A DNA stretch of 64,000 nt, taken from Chloroflexota bacterium (GTDB taxonomy: Bacteria > Chloroflexota > Dehalococcoidia > Bin125). Where the stretch lies: NCBI GenBank assembly GCA_028873865.1, contig JAPPNI010000028.1, forward strand, positions 14,598-78,597, written 5' to 3'. The notes under the pieces were generated by a model, which did not search any database, was not told the origin of the DNA, and was given only the letters and a program-made list of their open reading frames with translations. Every line of letters starts with the position of its first letter. Position 1 is the stretch's first letter. Shown here in pieces: positions 46,277 to 55,585 of the stretch. The translations under genes were made by a program, and so were the position numbers.

Positions 46277-46525
46277 ATGGCAGTCAAGAGCTACATCCTG
46301 ATCGAGACAGAGGTCGGCACTGCCAAGCAGGTGGCGCTTTCGCTTGGCGAGATCACGCACAGCGACGGCGAGATCAAATCGGTCGAGCTGGTTACCGGAC
46401 CGTTCGACGTGATCTGTCTCGTCGAAGCGGAGAATCTTGAGCAGCTCGGCAGCTGCATCACCGACTCGATCCAGACTGTTGCCGGAGTCAAACGGACCAC
46501 GACCTGCCTGACCATCCAAGTTTGA
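46277..46525 (+). CDS. Stand-alone Lrp/AsnC ligand-binding (RAM) domain protein
   Basis: YILIE...G....V...L.......V..VTGPFDVI..VE........I...I....GV.RT.TC. ATG at 46277. Confidence 0.8.
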   Translation: MAVKSYILIETEVGTAKQVALSLGEITHSDGEIKSVELVTGPFDVICLVEAENLEQLGSCITDSIQTVAGVKRTTTCLTIQV

Positions 46526-46545
46526 GCCTGGACGGGACTGCTTCG

Positions 46546-47871
46546 ATGTCCTCGCACAAGGCACCAGTTGCCCGCTCGACCGAACCGCCCGTTGACATGC
46601 TTCCCGTCGAGGACGCCCTCGACCGCATCCTTTCGTTCTGTCGAGTGTTGCCATCTGAGACGCGCGCTATCGACGATGCCGTCGGCCAGGTGCTGGCGAC
46701 CGACATCACCGCGCCATTCGACATCCCTCCGCATGACAACACGGCTATGGACGGCTACGCCGTCCAGTCGGCGAGCACCGACGACGCGGCCGAGTCGAAT
46801 CCGATTCGACTGCGAGTGATCGGGGAGCTGGCGGCCGGCTATCTGTACGACGGCGCCGTCGGCCCGGGTGAAGCGGTACGGATCATGACCGGCGCGCCGA
46901 TGCCGGATGGCGCGGATACGATCGTTCCCTTCGAGGAGACGGACGAGTTCGGTCTGCGAGCGCCGGGGCAGGAGCACGAGACGATTGAAGATGTGGGCAT
47001 CCTCAAGGCTGCCGGACCGGGGAACAACATTCGCCGCCGCGGCGAGGACGTTCGCCGGGGCCAGCAGGTCCTCAATGCCGGGACCGTGCTGCGCGGCCCC
47101 GAGGTGGCGGTCCTCGCCTCGCTCGGCGTCGGCGAAGTCGAAGTGATCCGCAGACCGCGAGTCGCCATCCTCTCGACGGGCGACGAACTGCTCTCGCCCG
47201 GCGAAGCGCCGGCACCGGGCAAAATTTACGACTCCAATTCCTATGGTCTCAGCGCGCTCGTCACGCAATACGGCGGGATCCCCGAACGATTCGGTATCGC
47301 TCAGGACACGATTCCCGCATTGACGGCCAAGATCAACGAAGCGCTGGAATCCTGTGACATGGTCATCACTTCCGCCGGCGTGTCGCGCGGCGACTTCGAT
47401 GTGGTCAAGGAAGTCCTTGCCCGAGAGGGCGCGATCGACTTCTGGACGGTGAAGATGAAACCCGGCAAACCGCTCGCTTTTGGCGAGTTCGACGCTCCCG
47501 AGGGCCGACGGGTACCGCACATCGGTCTGCCGGGGAATCCGGTCTCCTCACTGCTCGCCTTCGAACTGTTCGGACGACTCGCGATCTACCAGATGATGGG
47601 CCGCCAGCCGCACCCTCGCCCGATCGTTCGGGCGATCGCCGACGAGGACATCGTCAACACGGACTGGCGACGGGTGTACGCCCGAGCGACCCTGAGCCAG
47701 GACGAAGACGGACGGTGGCACGCTCGCCTGACCGGCCCGCAGGGCAGCGGCGTGCTGACCTCGATGGCGCTCGCCAATGGCTACGCTGTGTGCCCAGAGG
47801 ACCGTGAACGGGTCCACGCCGGTGAAGAATGCGATGTGATCATGGTCGACTGGGATCATCCGCTCGACTAA
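46546..47871 (+). CDS. moeA: Molybdopterin molybdotransferase
   Basis: AMDGYAV, RIMTGAP.P.GAD, STGDEL, DSN, GVSRGDFD, KPGKP, GLPGNPVS, QGSG.L.S. Confidence 0.95.
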   Translation: MSSHKAPVARSTEPPVDMLPVEDALDRILSFCRVLPSETRAIDDAVGQVLATDITAPFDIPPHDNTAMDGYAVQSASTDDAAESNPIRLRVIGELAAGYLYDGAVGPGEAVRIMTGAPMPDGADTIVPFEETDEFGLRAPGQEHETIEDVGILKAAGPGNNIRRRGEDVRRGQQVLNAGTVLRGPEVAVLASLGVGEVEVIRRPRVAILSTGDELLSPGEAPAPGKIYDSNSYGLSALVTQYGGIPERFGIAQDTIPALTAKINEALESCDMVITSAGVSRGDFDVVKEVLAREGAIDFWTVKMKPGKPLAFGEFDAPEGRRVPHIGLPGNPVSSLLAFELFGRLAIYQMMGRQPHPRPIVRAIADEDIVNTDWRRVYARATLSQDEDGRWHARLTGPQGSGVLTSMALANGYAVCPEDRERVHAGEECDVIMVDWDHPLD

Positions 47872-47901
47872 CACACGAATCATCAGAGAATCGAGCGAGA
47901 C

Positions 47902-49227
47902 ATGTCCGTTGCCACCGCCCTCCGATCGGTCATTGCTCCGGTCTATATCAAGGCCCGGCTGGCCCAGGAGAAGCTCCAGTCCGGAGTTGTCTGGTACCCG
48001 TTGGACCCGAAGTTCATCGCCAATCCCTACCCGACGTACAAAGAACTGCGCGAGCGCGACCCATACCACCCAAGCCCCCTGACCGGCGCGATGGTCATCT
48101 CCAAGTACGACGATGTCGACGCCGTCCTGCGGAACTACAAGGTCTTCTCTAATCAACGCGGTCCGGTCGGAACGCGCAACCGCCGCAACATCGGCGAACA
48201 GATCGAGAATGAGCTACAGCCGTCGATGCTGTCGCTCGATCCGCCCGATCACACACGCCTGCGTGGGCTGGTGAGCCGGGCATTCACACCACGGCAGATT
48301 GCCAAGATGGAGGAGCATATCCGGGCGACGGCCCACGGCTTGCTCGATGAAGTCGAGGGCGACGACGAGTTCGACCTGATGTCCAATCTGGCGGCCCTGT
48401 TGCCGACCGTCGTGATCGCGGAGATGATCGGGGTTCCAACCAGGGATCGTCAGCAGTTCAAGGAATGGTCCGACAAGTTCGCGCGCGTGCTGGAGCCCAA
48501 TCTGTCGGCCGACGAACTGTCGGTCGTCTTCGAGACGGGCCAGCTGTTCGACCAGTACTTCAGAGGTATCGTCGCCGAACGTCGCGACGATCCGCAGGAC
48601 GACCTGGTCTCCCGCCTGATCGAAGCCGAGGAAGAGGGCGACAAGCTGACCGAGGCCGAAATGCTTGTCACACTACGGCTGCTGCTGGTCGCGGGTAACG
48701 AGACAACGACCAACCTGATCGGCAACGGGCTCAAGGCGCTGCTGGAACACCCCGATCAAATGGAGTTGCTGCGCCAGCGGCCTGAACTGATCGACAACGC
48801 AATTGAGGAGTTGCTGCGTTACGACTCGCCGGTGCAGTTGGACGGGCGAATGACGCTGGATGAGTTCCAGATCGACCGTCATACGCTCAAGCCCGGCCGG
48901 CCCGTATCGCTGCTGATCGGCGGCGCTAACCGCGATCCCGAGGAGTTCAGCGATCCCGAGATGTTGGACATCACTCGCGAGGACGCCGGCAACATTTCGT
49001 TCGGTCGGGGTATCCATCACTGCCTGGGCGCGCCGCTCGCGCGGCTTGAGGGCAAGATCGCGTTCGAGGCCCTGCTGGAACGTTTCGACAACATCCAGTT
49101 CGGCACGCGGACGCCGGAGTACAAACCCAACATCGTCCTGCGCGGCCTGCGGCACCTCGACATCCGCGTTGACCGGGCCGGCACCAAGAGCGTCAGCGCA
49201 CAGACCGCGGAGGCCGCCGCCGACTGA
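47902..49227 (+). CDS. Cytochrome P450
   Basis: DPPDHTRLR, AGNETT (I-helix), EELLRYD (ExxR), FGRGIHHCLG (heme Cys). Confidence 0.96.
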   Translation: MSVATALRSVIAPVYIKARLAQEKLQSGVVWYPLDPKFIANPYPTYKELRERDPYHPSPLTGAMVISKYDDVDAVLRNYKVFSNQRGPVGTRNRRNIGEQIENELQPSMLSLDPPDHTRLRGLVSRAFTPRQIAKMEEHIRATAHGLLDEVEGDDEFDLMSNLAALLPTVVIAEMIGVPTRDRQQFKEWSDKFARVLEPNLSADELSVVFETGQLFDQYFRGIVAERRDDPQDDLVSRLIEAEEEGDKLTEAEMLVTLRLLLVAGNETTTNLIGNGLKALLEHPDQMELLRQRPELIDNAIEELLRYDSPVQLDGRMTLDEFQIDRHTLKPGRPVSLLIGGANRDPEEFSDPEMLDITREDAGNISFGRGIHHCLGAPLARLEGKIAFEALLERFDNIQFGTRTPEYKPNIVLRGLRHLDIRVDRAGTKSVSAQTAEAAAD

Positions 49228-49257
49228 CGGCACCTCGCGTTCGGAGCGTTGAAGGAG

Positions 49258-49536
49258 CTACGTGATCGTCTCGAATCGGGCAAACTCTCCGCTCGCTACT
49301 CCCCACTTCAACTCCACCTCGCGGACCAGCGCGTGCGCGGGACCGATTTTCAGCTCGTCCAGGAACTCCTCAAGCGACTCCCGCGGTCCTTCCGCGATCA
49401 CTTCCACGCTCGAACCGTCGGGCAGATTCTGAACCGTGCCTGAAATCCCGGCGATTCGGTCGGCCGCCAGCTCGGCGAACATGCGGTAGCCGACCATCTG
49501 GACGCGGCCGCGAACGCGGACCGTCATCCGAACCAT
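49258..49536 (-). CDS. acyP: Acylphosphatase
   Basis: V.GRVQMVGYR, G.V.NL.DG.SVEV.AEG. Confidence 0.92.
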   Translation of the reverse strand: MVRMTVRVRGRVQMVGYRMFAELAADRIAGISGTVQNLPDGSSVEVIAEGPRESLEEFLDELKIGPAHALVREVELKWGVASGEFARFETIT

Positions 49537-51281
49537 CAGGCAGCGCCGACAACAGCGTCGATCGCTTCGCTGACGATCTCGGCCGGGACATCATCTCGAA
49601 CGATCGGATTGCCGACGCTCTCCAGCAGCACCCAGCGCTGCTTGCCGCCAACCACCTTCTTGTCGCGCGACATGGCCTCTACGATCTCGGCCCGGCCGAG
49701 TCCGGGCGGGCTCTGTGTCGGCAAACCGAAACGTTCAATCAGCCGGCGATGTCGGGTCACGAGCGCTTCGTCGATCAGCCCCATGGAGCAGCCGATCTCG
49801 GCCACCGCGACCATACCCATGGCCACGGCCTCACCGTGCAAGACGGCGCTGTAGCCGGTTACGGCCTCAATCGCATGGCCCAGCGTATGGCCGTAGTTGA
49901 GAATCGCGCGGATGTCCGACTCGCGCTCGTCAGCCGAGACGACGGTCGCCTTGATCGCCTGGTTCCTGGTGATGATCTCGACCAACAACTTCCGGTGAGA
50001 CTCGTCCTCCAGCGCCGCGGCCGGATCGAGGAGCAGGTCCGCCGACTCGTCCAGGAGGCCGAGCATCGGCTCGTCGCGGATGAATCCGTGCTTAATCACC
50101 TCAGCGAAGCCGGAGCGCAGTTCACGCGGAGGCAGCGTCGCGAGCGTTGCGGCGTCGGCCAGCACCGCGTGCGGCTGGTAGAAGGCACCGACCAGGTTCT
50201 TGCCCGAGGGCAGGTCGATCGCCACCTTGCCGCCGATCGCGGCATCGACCATGCCGAGCACGGTCGTCGGCGCGTGGACCAGCGGCATGCCGCGCAGATA
50301 GGTCGCGGCGGCGGTACCGGCCAAGTCAGTGGTCACGCCGCCTCCGAGAGCGAAGATGATGTCTCGGCGCTCGGCCCGGTGCGAGGACAACCAGACGTAC
50401 AACGCATCCAACGACGACAGCGACTTGCTCGCTTCGCCAGAAGGCACGGCGTACGACTCGACTGAACGTCCGCCGGCTCGGAGTGAATCGATGGCGGTGA
50501 CCCCGTGGGTGTCGATAATCGCCTGGTCGGCGATCAGGAACACCCGGCCGCTCAACCCCAGTTGGTCGAGGATGTCGCCGCTGCGCTCCAGCAGTCCCCA
50601 GGCGCAATAGACGGGATATCGGGCGGAACCCGCCTCGACCATGCAGCCAACGTCGGAGCCGTAGTCGACCACCGGCGGCGGCTCTATCCCGGGGCCATTC
50701 CGCATTTCGCGCAGTCGGGCGTCCGAGGCCAATACGCTGCCTGCTCGCCGACGAACCGCGTCAACGATCTCCTCCACGGCTTCACCGATCTCGATTTCGT
50801 CCGTATGCACGGTCAAGTCGGAGAGGGCGTAGAACGGCTGTCGAGCGGCTTTGAGTGTCTCGACCCGGCGGCGCGGATCGGCGCCGGCCAGCATCGGCCG
50901 GACCTCGGTCGTTCCCTGTTCGGTCTCGGCGTATCGCGCGAGAATGGTGGCCGAGCGGGCCTCAAGGGTGACGACGAACCCGCCGTCGGCGAGCACGGAG
51001 CGATTGTCGGCGTTCAGCCAAACTCCGCCGCCGGTCGCGATCACCACACCATGCTGCTCGGCGGCATCGCGGACCGCCTGCTGCTCGCGCGCCCGAAACC
51101 CGGTTTCACCTTCCAGCTCGAATATCTGCGGGATCGTCCTTCCGGCCTCTCGCTCGATTTCGACATCGAGATCGAGGGCTGACCAACCAAGCTGATGGGC
51201 AATGTAGGGCGCCAGCACCGACTTGCCGGTCGTGCTGAACCCGATCAGAACGACCCGCCTGAGCCCGGGGGGCGCGGTCAC
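49536..51281 (-). CDS. aroKB: Bifunctional shikimate kinase / 3-dehydroquinate synthase
   Basis: AroK motifs GFSTTGKS, DLD..IE, GE..FR, ATGGG; AroB motifs GGGVTTD, GGKVAID, GAFYQP, LNYGHT.GHAIE, DKK. GTG at 51281 overlaps the aroC stop. Confidence 0.93.
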   Translation of the reverse strand: MTAPPGLRRVVLIGFSTTGKSVLAPYIAHQLGWSALDLDVEIEREAGRTIPQIFELEGETGFRAREQQAVRDAAEQHGVVIATGGGVWLNADNRSVLADGGFVVTLEARSATILARYAETEQGTTEVRPMLAGADPRRRVETLKAARQPFYALSDLTVHTDEIEIGEAVEEIVDAVRRRAGSVLASDARLREMRNGPGIEPPPVVDYGSDVGCMVEAGSARYPVYCAWGLLERSGDILDQLGLSGRVFLIADQAIIDTHGVTAIDSLRAGGRSVESYAVPSGEASKSLSSLDALYVWLSSHRAERRDIIFALGGGVTTDLAGTAAATYLRGMPLVHAPTTVLGMVDAAIGGKVAIDLPSGKNLVGAFYQPHAVLADAATLATLPPRELRSGFAEVIKHGFIRDEPMLGLLDESADLLLDPAAALEDESHRKLLVEIITRNQAIKATVVSADERESDIRAILNYGHTLGHAIEAVTGYSAVLHGEAVAMGMVAVAEIGCSMGLIDEALVTRHRRLIERFGLPTQSPPGLGRAEIVEAMSRDKKVVGGKQRWVLLESVGNPIVRDDVPAEIVSEAIDAVVGAA

Positions 51282-52477
51282 TGCCACTCTCCGCGAGGGA
51301 TGGCGGTCTCGAGGAACGACTGCATGTTTCTTCGCGTTTCCGGAAGTGAATCGCCGCCGAACTTCTCCAGGATGGCATCGGCGAGGACCAGCGCCAGCAT
51401 CGCCTCGACGATCACGCCGGCCGCGGGCACGACGCATACGTCGGAGCGTTCGTAGTGCGCTTCGACGCGCTCGCCGGTCGTCAGATCGGCGGACGGAAGC
51501 GGGTGCGCCAGCGTCGCAATCGGTTTGACCGCAACCCGCACGACGAGGTCCTCGCCATTCGAGATGCCGCCCTCGATGCCGCCCGCGTGGTTGGTCCGGC
51601 GTCGCCAGGGCCGGTCGCCCCAGGCATCCTGGGGGAGGACGACATCGTGGTAGCCGCGTCCGGTCAGCGCGGCGCCGCTGAAGCCATCACCGATCTCGAC
51701 GCCCTTGAAGGCGTTCATCGAGAGAATCGCCTGGCCGATCCGGCCGCTCAACTTGCGGTCCCACTGGACGTGGGAACCCAACCCGAAGGGCACGCCCGTG
51801 ACCCGCGCCTCGAGGGTCCCGCCCAGCGTGTCGCCCTCCTGCTTGGCAGCGTTGATCTCTTCGATCATCGCCTGCGTCACGTCGGCGTCGGCACACCTGA
51901 CTGGCGACTCCTCGACCGCTTGCCAATCCACTTCCGTGTCCGGATCGAGGGCGACGGCACCGATCTGAACGACGTGGCTGCGGAAGTCGCAGCCCAGTTC
52001 CTCGCAGAGCCGCCGGGCAACCGCGCCCGCGCCGACGCGCGCGGCGCTCTCCCGCGCCGAGGCGCGTTCGAGGGAATCGCGGACATCTTCATAGCCGTAC
52101 TTCAGCGAGGCCGTCAGATCAGCGTGCCCGGGGCGGACGCGCGTCACCTGAGTCGGCGGTGGATCAACTGAGCCAAGCGACATCGTCTCGCGCCACGGTC
52201 GCTTGTCAGGGCCAAGTCCCTTGTCGAAATCACGGTTCTCGATCCACAGGGCGACCGGACTGCCGATTGTCCGTCCCTGCCTGACGCCGCCGCGGATCTG
52301 GGCGTAGTCAGTTTCGATTTTCATGCGGCCGCCGCGTCCGTAGCCCTTCTGGCGCCGCGCCAGTTGTTCGCGGATCCGCTCCTCCGACAGGGGCAAGCCA
52401 GAGGGAACGCCGTCAATGATCACCGTCAAACCGGGACCGTGAGACTCACCAGCCGTGAACCAGCGAAAGCTGCCCAT
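51278..52477 (-). CDS. aroC: Chorismate synthase
   Basis: TAGESHG, RPGHAD, RASARE, GG.EGG.SNGE, KPI.T, RSD.C.VPAA. Confidence 0.96.
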   Translation of the reverse strand: MGSFRWFTAGESHGPGLTVIIDGVPSGLPLSEERIREQLARRQKGYGRGGRMKIETDYAQIRGGVRQGRTIGSPVALWIENRDFDKGLGPDKRPWRETMSLGSVDPPPTQVTRVRPGHADLTASLKYGYEDVRDSLERASARESAARVGAGAVARRLCEELGCDFRSHVVQIGAVALDPDTEVDWQAVEESPVRCADADVTQAMIEEINAAKQEGDTLGGTLEARVTGVPFGLGSHVQWDRKLSGRIGQAILSMNAFKGVEIGDGFSGAALTGRGYHDVVLPQDAWGDRPWRRRTNHAGGIEGGISNGEDLVVRVAVKPIATLAHPLPSADLTTGERVEAHYERSDVCVVPAAGVIVEAMLALVLADAILEKFGGDSLPETRRNMQSFLETAIPRGEWQ

Positions 52478-53145
52478 CAGTCGGTCCTCTGTTCCTCGGC
52501 TGCTGCATCGGTCGTCTCAGCCACGATATCGGCGAAGCGATCCTCGGGCAGTTCGATTGGACGCGGTTCGCCCGATGGGGCGCGATCGGCCGTCGTCTCG
52601 AACTCCTGGGCGAGCACGTCCGGTGGCAGATTCCAGTCCAGACTCATCGCCGACGATCGGTCGGCCTCGACGCAGAGGATTGGCAGCGCCTCCGCCACTC
52701 CCTCCGGGTTGCGGAAGGTGGTGTACACGTCGACCCTGACGTCATTGGGGCGAAAGTTGGGAATGTCGTAGAAGATCATCTCAACCAACCGGAGCGCCGT
52801 GGCATAGGCGGTGTCGAGTGATGATGCCGTTTGCTCTCGCCGGCCGCCGACGTTGCCGAACTCCGGATCGGCCGAGGTGCTAACGCGAACGTGTTTGGCG
52901 GAGGCACTGACCAGGTCGAGTCCCTGCACTCCGGCCCAGACGGCGGCGCTGACGTCTTTGGGCGGGCGCTGGGTGCGCCAATGTTCCATCTCCTGGTCGA
53001 GGATGCCCTGGATCGCGCGCATGTCGTTCTGCGCGACCAGCTGTCGCCAGAAGCGGTGCGTACGCGCCTCCTTGAACAACACCAGGCCGATGCCGCCGAA
53101 AATCACGGCGATCACCAGAAACGCAATGGTGAGTCCTTCGTTCAT
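52477..53145 (-). CDS. Hypothetical membrane-anchored protein inside the aro operon
   Basis: N-terminal TM helix; overlaps the aroE stop and the aroC start. Confidence 0.7.
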   Translation of the reverse strand: MNEGLTIAFLVIAVIFGGIGLVLFKEARTHRFWRQLVAQNDMRAIQGILDQEMEHWRTQRPPKDVSAAVWAGVQGLDLVSASAKHVRVSTSADPEFGNVGGRREQTASSLDTAYATALRLVEMIFYDIPNFRPNDVRVDVYTTFRNPEGVAEALPILCVEADRSSAMSLDWNLPPDVLAQEFETTADRAPSGEPRPIELPEDRFADIVAETTDAAAEEQRTD

Positions 53146-54002
53146 GAGCCGCTCTCCGACATCGCGGCGTGAGCCTCGGCCAGCATGACGTCGACCGGCG
53201 CTTCGCGCTCGGTCCACAACTCGAACGCTGCGGCTCCCTGGTAGACCAGCATCGGCAACCCACCGACCGCCTGCAGCCCAGCTTCAAAGGCCGCGGTGAC
53301 CAACGGCGTCTCCTGGGGATTTGCGATCAGGTCGGCGACGAATGCGTCATGCCGCAACCACGACGGGTCAAAGGGAAGTCGTCCATCGGTTTCGCTGTCT
53401 CTGAGGCCTACGGAGGTGCACTGCACGACCAGGTCGGCCGACTGGACGGCCGCTGGAACTCCATCTTCATTCGCTCCCATCGAGCGGAGTTGCACGCCAG
53501 CGGAGGCCGAGGCGAGATCATGCCTGAGGCGTCCCGCGCGGACGGCGGTGCGGTTGATAATCGTCAGCGCCTCGACACCGCGCCAGATTAACGCCCAGGC
53601 GATCGCTCTGGCAGCGCCTCCGGCTCCCCAGAGCACTGCGCGGGCACCCGACGGATCGAATCCCGCCTCGGACAGCGAGCGCTGAAAGCCGGTCACATCG
53701 GTGTTGTAGCCCTGCAGGTGACCATTGTTGTTGACGATGGTGTTGATCGCACCTACGAAGCGTGCGGTCTGGTGCAATCCATCCATGTGCCGGAGCGCCG
53801 CCTCCTTGTATGGAATGGTGACGTTGGCTCCCAAGGCGTCATCTTGCCGGAGACTGGTGATGAACTTCTCCAGTTCCGCCGGCTGCAGGTCCCACGCCTC
53901 GTAGCTGACATCCAGTCCGGCGGCGTCGAAGCCGGCCTGCTGAAAGCGTGGCGAGATGCTGTGTGCGACCGGATGTCCGATCACTCCGACACGCAGCGTC
54001 AT
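53142..54002 (-). CDS. aroE: Shikimate dehydrogenase
   Basis: G.PV.HS.SP, G.NVTIPYK, GAINT, NTD..G, GAGGAARA, GL.MLV.QG. ATG at 54002. Confidence 0.95.
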   Translation of the reverse strand: MTLRVGVIGHPVAHSISPRFQQAGFDAAGLDVSYEAWDLQPAELEKFITSLRQDDALGANVTIPYKEAALRHMDGLHQTARFVGAINTIVNNNGHLQGYNTDVTGFQRSLSEAGFDPSGARAVLWGAGGAARAIAWALIWRGVEALTIINRTAVRAGRLRHDLASASAGVQLRSMGANEDGVPAAVQSADLVVQCTSVGLRDSETDGRLPFDPSWLRHDAFVADLIANPQETPLVTAAFEAGLQAVGGLPMLVYQGAAAFELWTEREAPVDVMLAEAHAAMSESGS

Positions 54003-55072
54003 TGCGAGCCTCCGCGGTAGCGTTCCACGTTGGCCTGGTGCTCCTCGTAGGTGACCGCGAAGGCGTGCGTGCCGTCGCCACGAGCGACGAAGAAGAGATA
54101 GGGCACTTTCGCCGGACTGGCGGCGGCTTCGATCGACGCGAGACCGGGAGACGCAATTGGAGTCGGCGGGAGACCGGAGACGATGTAGGTGTTGTATGCG
54201 GACTCGCGGACCAGATCTTCGTCTGACAGATCCCGCTTCCACCAGTCGGCCGGAACTCCAACCGCATATTGCACCGTGGAGTTCATCTGCAACGGCATTC
54301 CGGCATCGAGCCGATTCCAGATCACGGCGGATACGAGAGCGCGTTCGGAGTCTTCGGCCGCCTCCCGTTCAATGATCGAAGCGATGGTCAGGATTTCGTG
54401 CAGCGTCCTGCCTGACTCCGCGATCTGCTCCCACAACTCCGGGGTGAGCGAGTCATTGAATCGTTGCAGCATCAGGCGCAGCGCATCCTCCGCTGTCGAT
54501 CCGAGCGGAAACGAATAGGCGCTAGGGAAGATATATCCCTCGAGCGAGGTCACCGAAGGCCGTCGAGCAGCAAGCGAGCCGGCCAGCGTCGTTTGCGCAG
54601 CCGCCTCCAACGCCGCAGCGAACTCGGCGGGATCGACGACGCCAGCCTGTGCGAGACGTTCCGTCACCTGCTCAAGCCTCAGCCCCTCAGGAATCACCAC
54701 GCGCAGCGGCGATGTCTCTCCAAAGTGTATGCGTCTCAGGATTTCGTACGTCGTCAAGCCTGCCTCAAACGAATAGGAACCCGGCTCCAACTGACCTTCC
54801 CAGCCGAGCAACAAGGCCAACAGCTCGAAGCGGGTATCGGAAGCGATGGCCCGACCGGAGAGCAGTCGTCGAGCGATCACTGCGGCAGAGTCACCTTGCA
54901 CAATCGTCACTGATGCAGGCTCTGAATGGACAGTTTCGGGTACGGGCTCTCCCTCAAGTTCCGGTCCGAGGTCGGGCGTGCGAGAGATCGCAACCGTTAC
55001 TGAGGCGACCGCGACCATCACGGCAATCAGCAGGCCCAGCGTGACGATGGTGCGCCAGGAAAGACCGAGCAT
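53999..55072 (-). CDS. mltG: Endolytic transglycosylase MltG
   Basis: N-terminal TM, IPEG, LEGY.FP..Y, ASIIERE, N RL..GM.LQ.., S.YNTY..GLPP.PI..PG. Confidence 0.93.
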   Translation of the reverse strand: MLGLSWRTIVTLGLLIAVMVAVASVTVAISRTPDLGPELEGEPVPETVHSEPASVTIVQGDSAAVIARRLLSGRAIASDTRFELLALLLGWEGQLEPGSYSFEAGLTTYEILRRIHFGETSPLRVVIPEGLRLEQVTERLAQAGVVDPAEFAAALEAAAQTTLAGSLAARRPSVTSLEGYIFPSAYSFPLGSTAEDALRLMLQRFNDSLTPELWEQIAESGRTLHEILTIASIIEREAAEDSERALVSAVIWNRLDAGMPLQMNSTVQYAVGVPADWWKRDLSDEDLVRESAYNTYIVSGLPPTPIASPGLASIEAAASPAKVPYLFFVARGDGTHAFAVTYEEHQANVERYRGGSQ

Positions 55073-55575
55073 CAGGCTCCGCTATCGGCGAGTTCCCGAG
55101 CCTGCTGTCCCTCGCGGGCGTCCAACCAACGCTGCAAGATGCGCGCCGCCGCGTCTGCATGAGAGCGTTCCCGCTCGCGACGCTGACGCTTGACGCTCTT
55201 GCGGCCGATGGCGCGAGACTTGCGGCTGGTCCCCGGAACTCCGGGCGTCGGTCTGGGTTCCGCGGCGTCACTGGAAAAGCGCTCATCCTGGGCAATGCAC
55301 TCCGCTCCTAGAGAAGCGGCGAGGGCCTCGCCAAATTCGCGGAATGCGGTCGCCTGCGCATCTTCGCGGCCATCGGGCCTGAGCGGGACGCCGATCACGA
55401 GTTCAGAAACATCTTCGTCGCCCAACATCCTTCTCAGGGCATCGCGGAGGTCACCGTTTCCCTGGCGACGATCGAGCGTGCCGACGGGTAGGGCCAGCGA
55501 TGATCCTCTAGTCGCGCGGGCCACGCCGACCCAACGTTCTCCCGGATCTATGCCGACCGCGCAGCCGCGGGCCAT
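55072..55575 (-). CDS. ruvX: YqgF/RuvX RNase H-fold nuclease (pre-16S rRNA maturation)
   Basis: GIDPG..WVGVA, VIG.P, DERFSS, D..AA..ILQ.WLD; conserved alaS-ruvX-mltG order. ATG at 55575. Confidence 0.85.
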   Translation of the reverse strand: MARGCAVGIDPGERWVGVARATRGSSLALPVGTLDRRQGNGDLRDALRRMLGDEDVSELVIGVPLRPDGREDAQATAFREFGEALAASLGAECIAQDERFSSDAAEPRPTPGVPGTSRKSRAIGRKSVKRQRRERERSHADAAARILQRWLDAREGQQARELADSGA

Positions 55576-55585
55576 GGAAATCGAC

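Noticed and set aside
46291-47520. 409-aa minus-strand ORF (similarly 21506-23269, 26341-27552, 30110-31228, 62925-63995)
   Set aside because: Each lies antisense to well-supported genes and has no recognisable motifs.
49536-51281. AroK-AroB fusion, exonuclease-DinG fusion and TGS-less ThrRS as novelties
   Set aside because: All are known architectures in several bacterial phyla.
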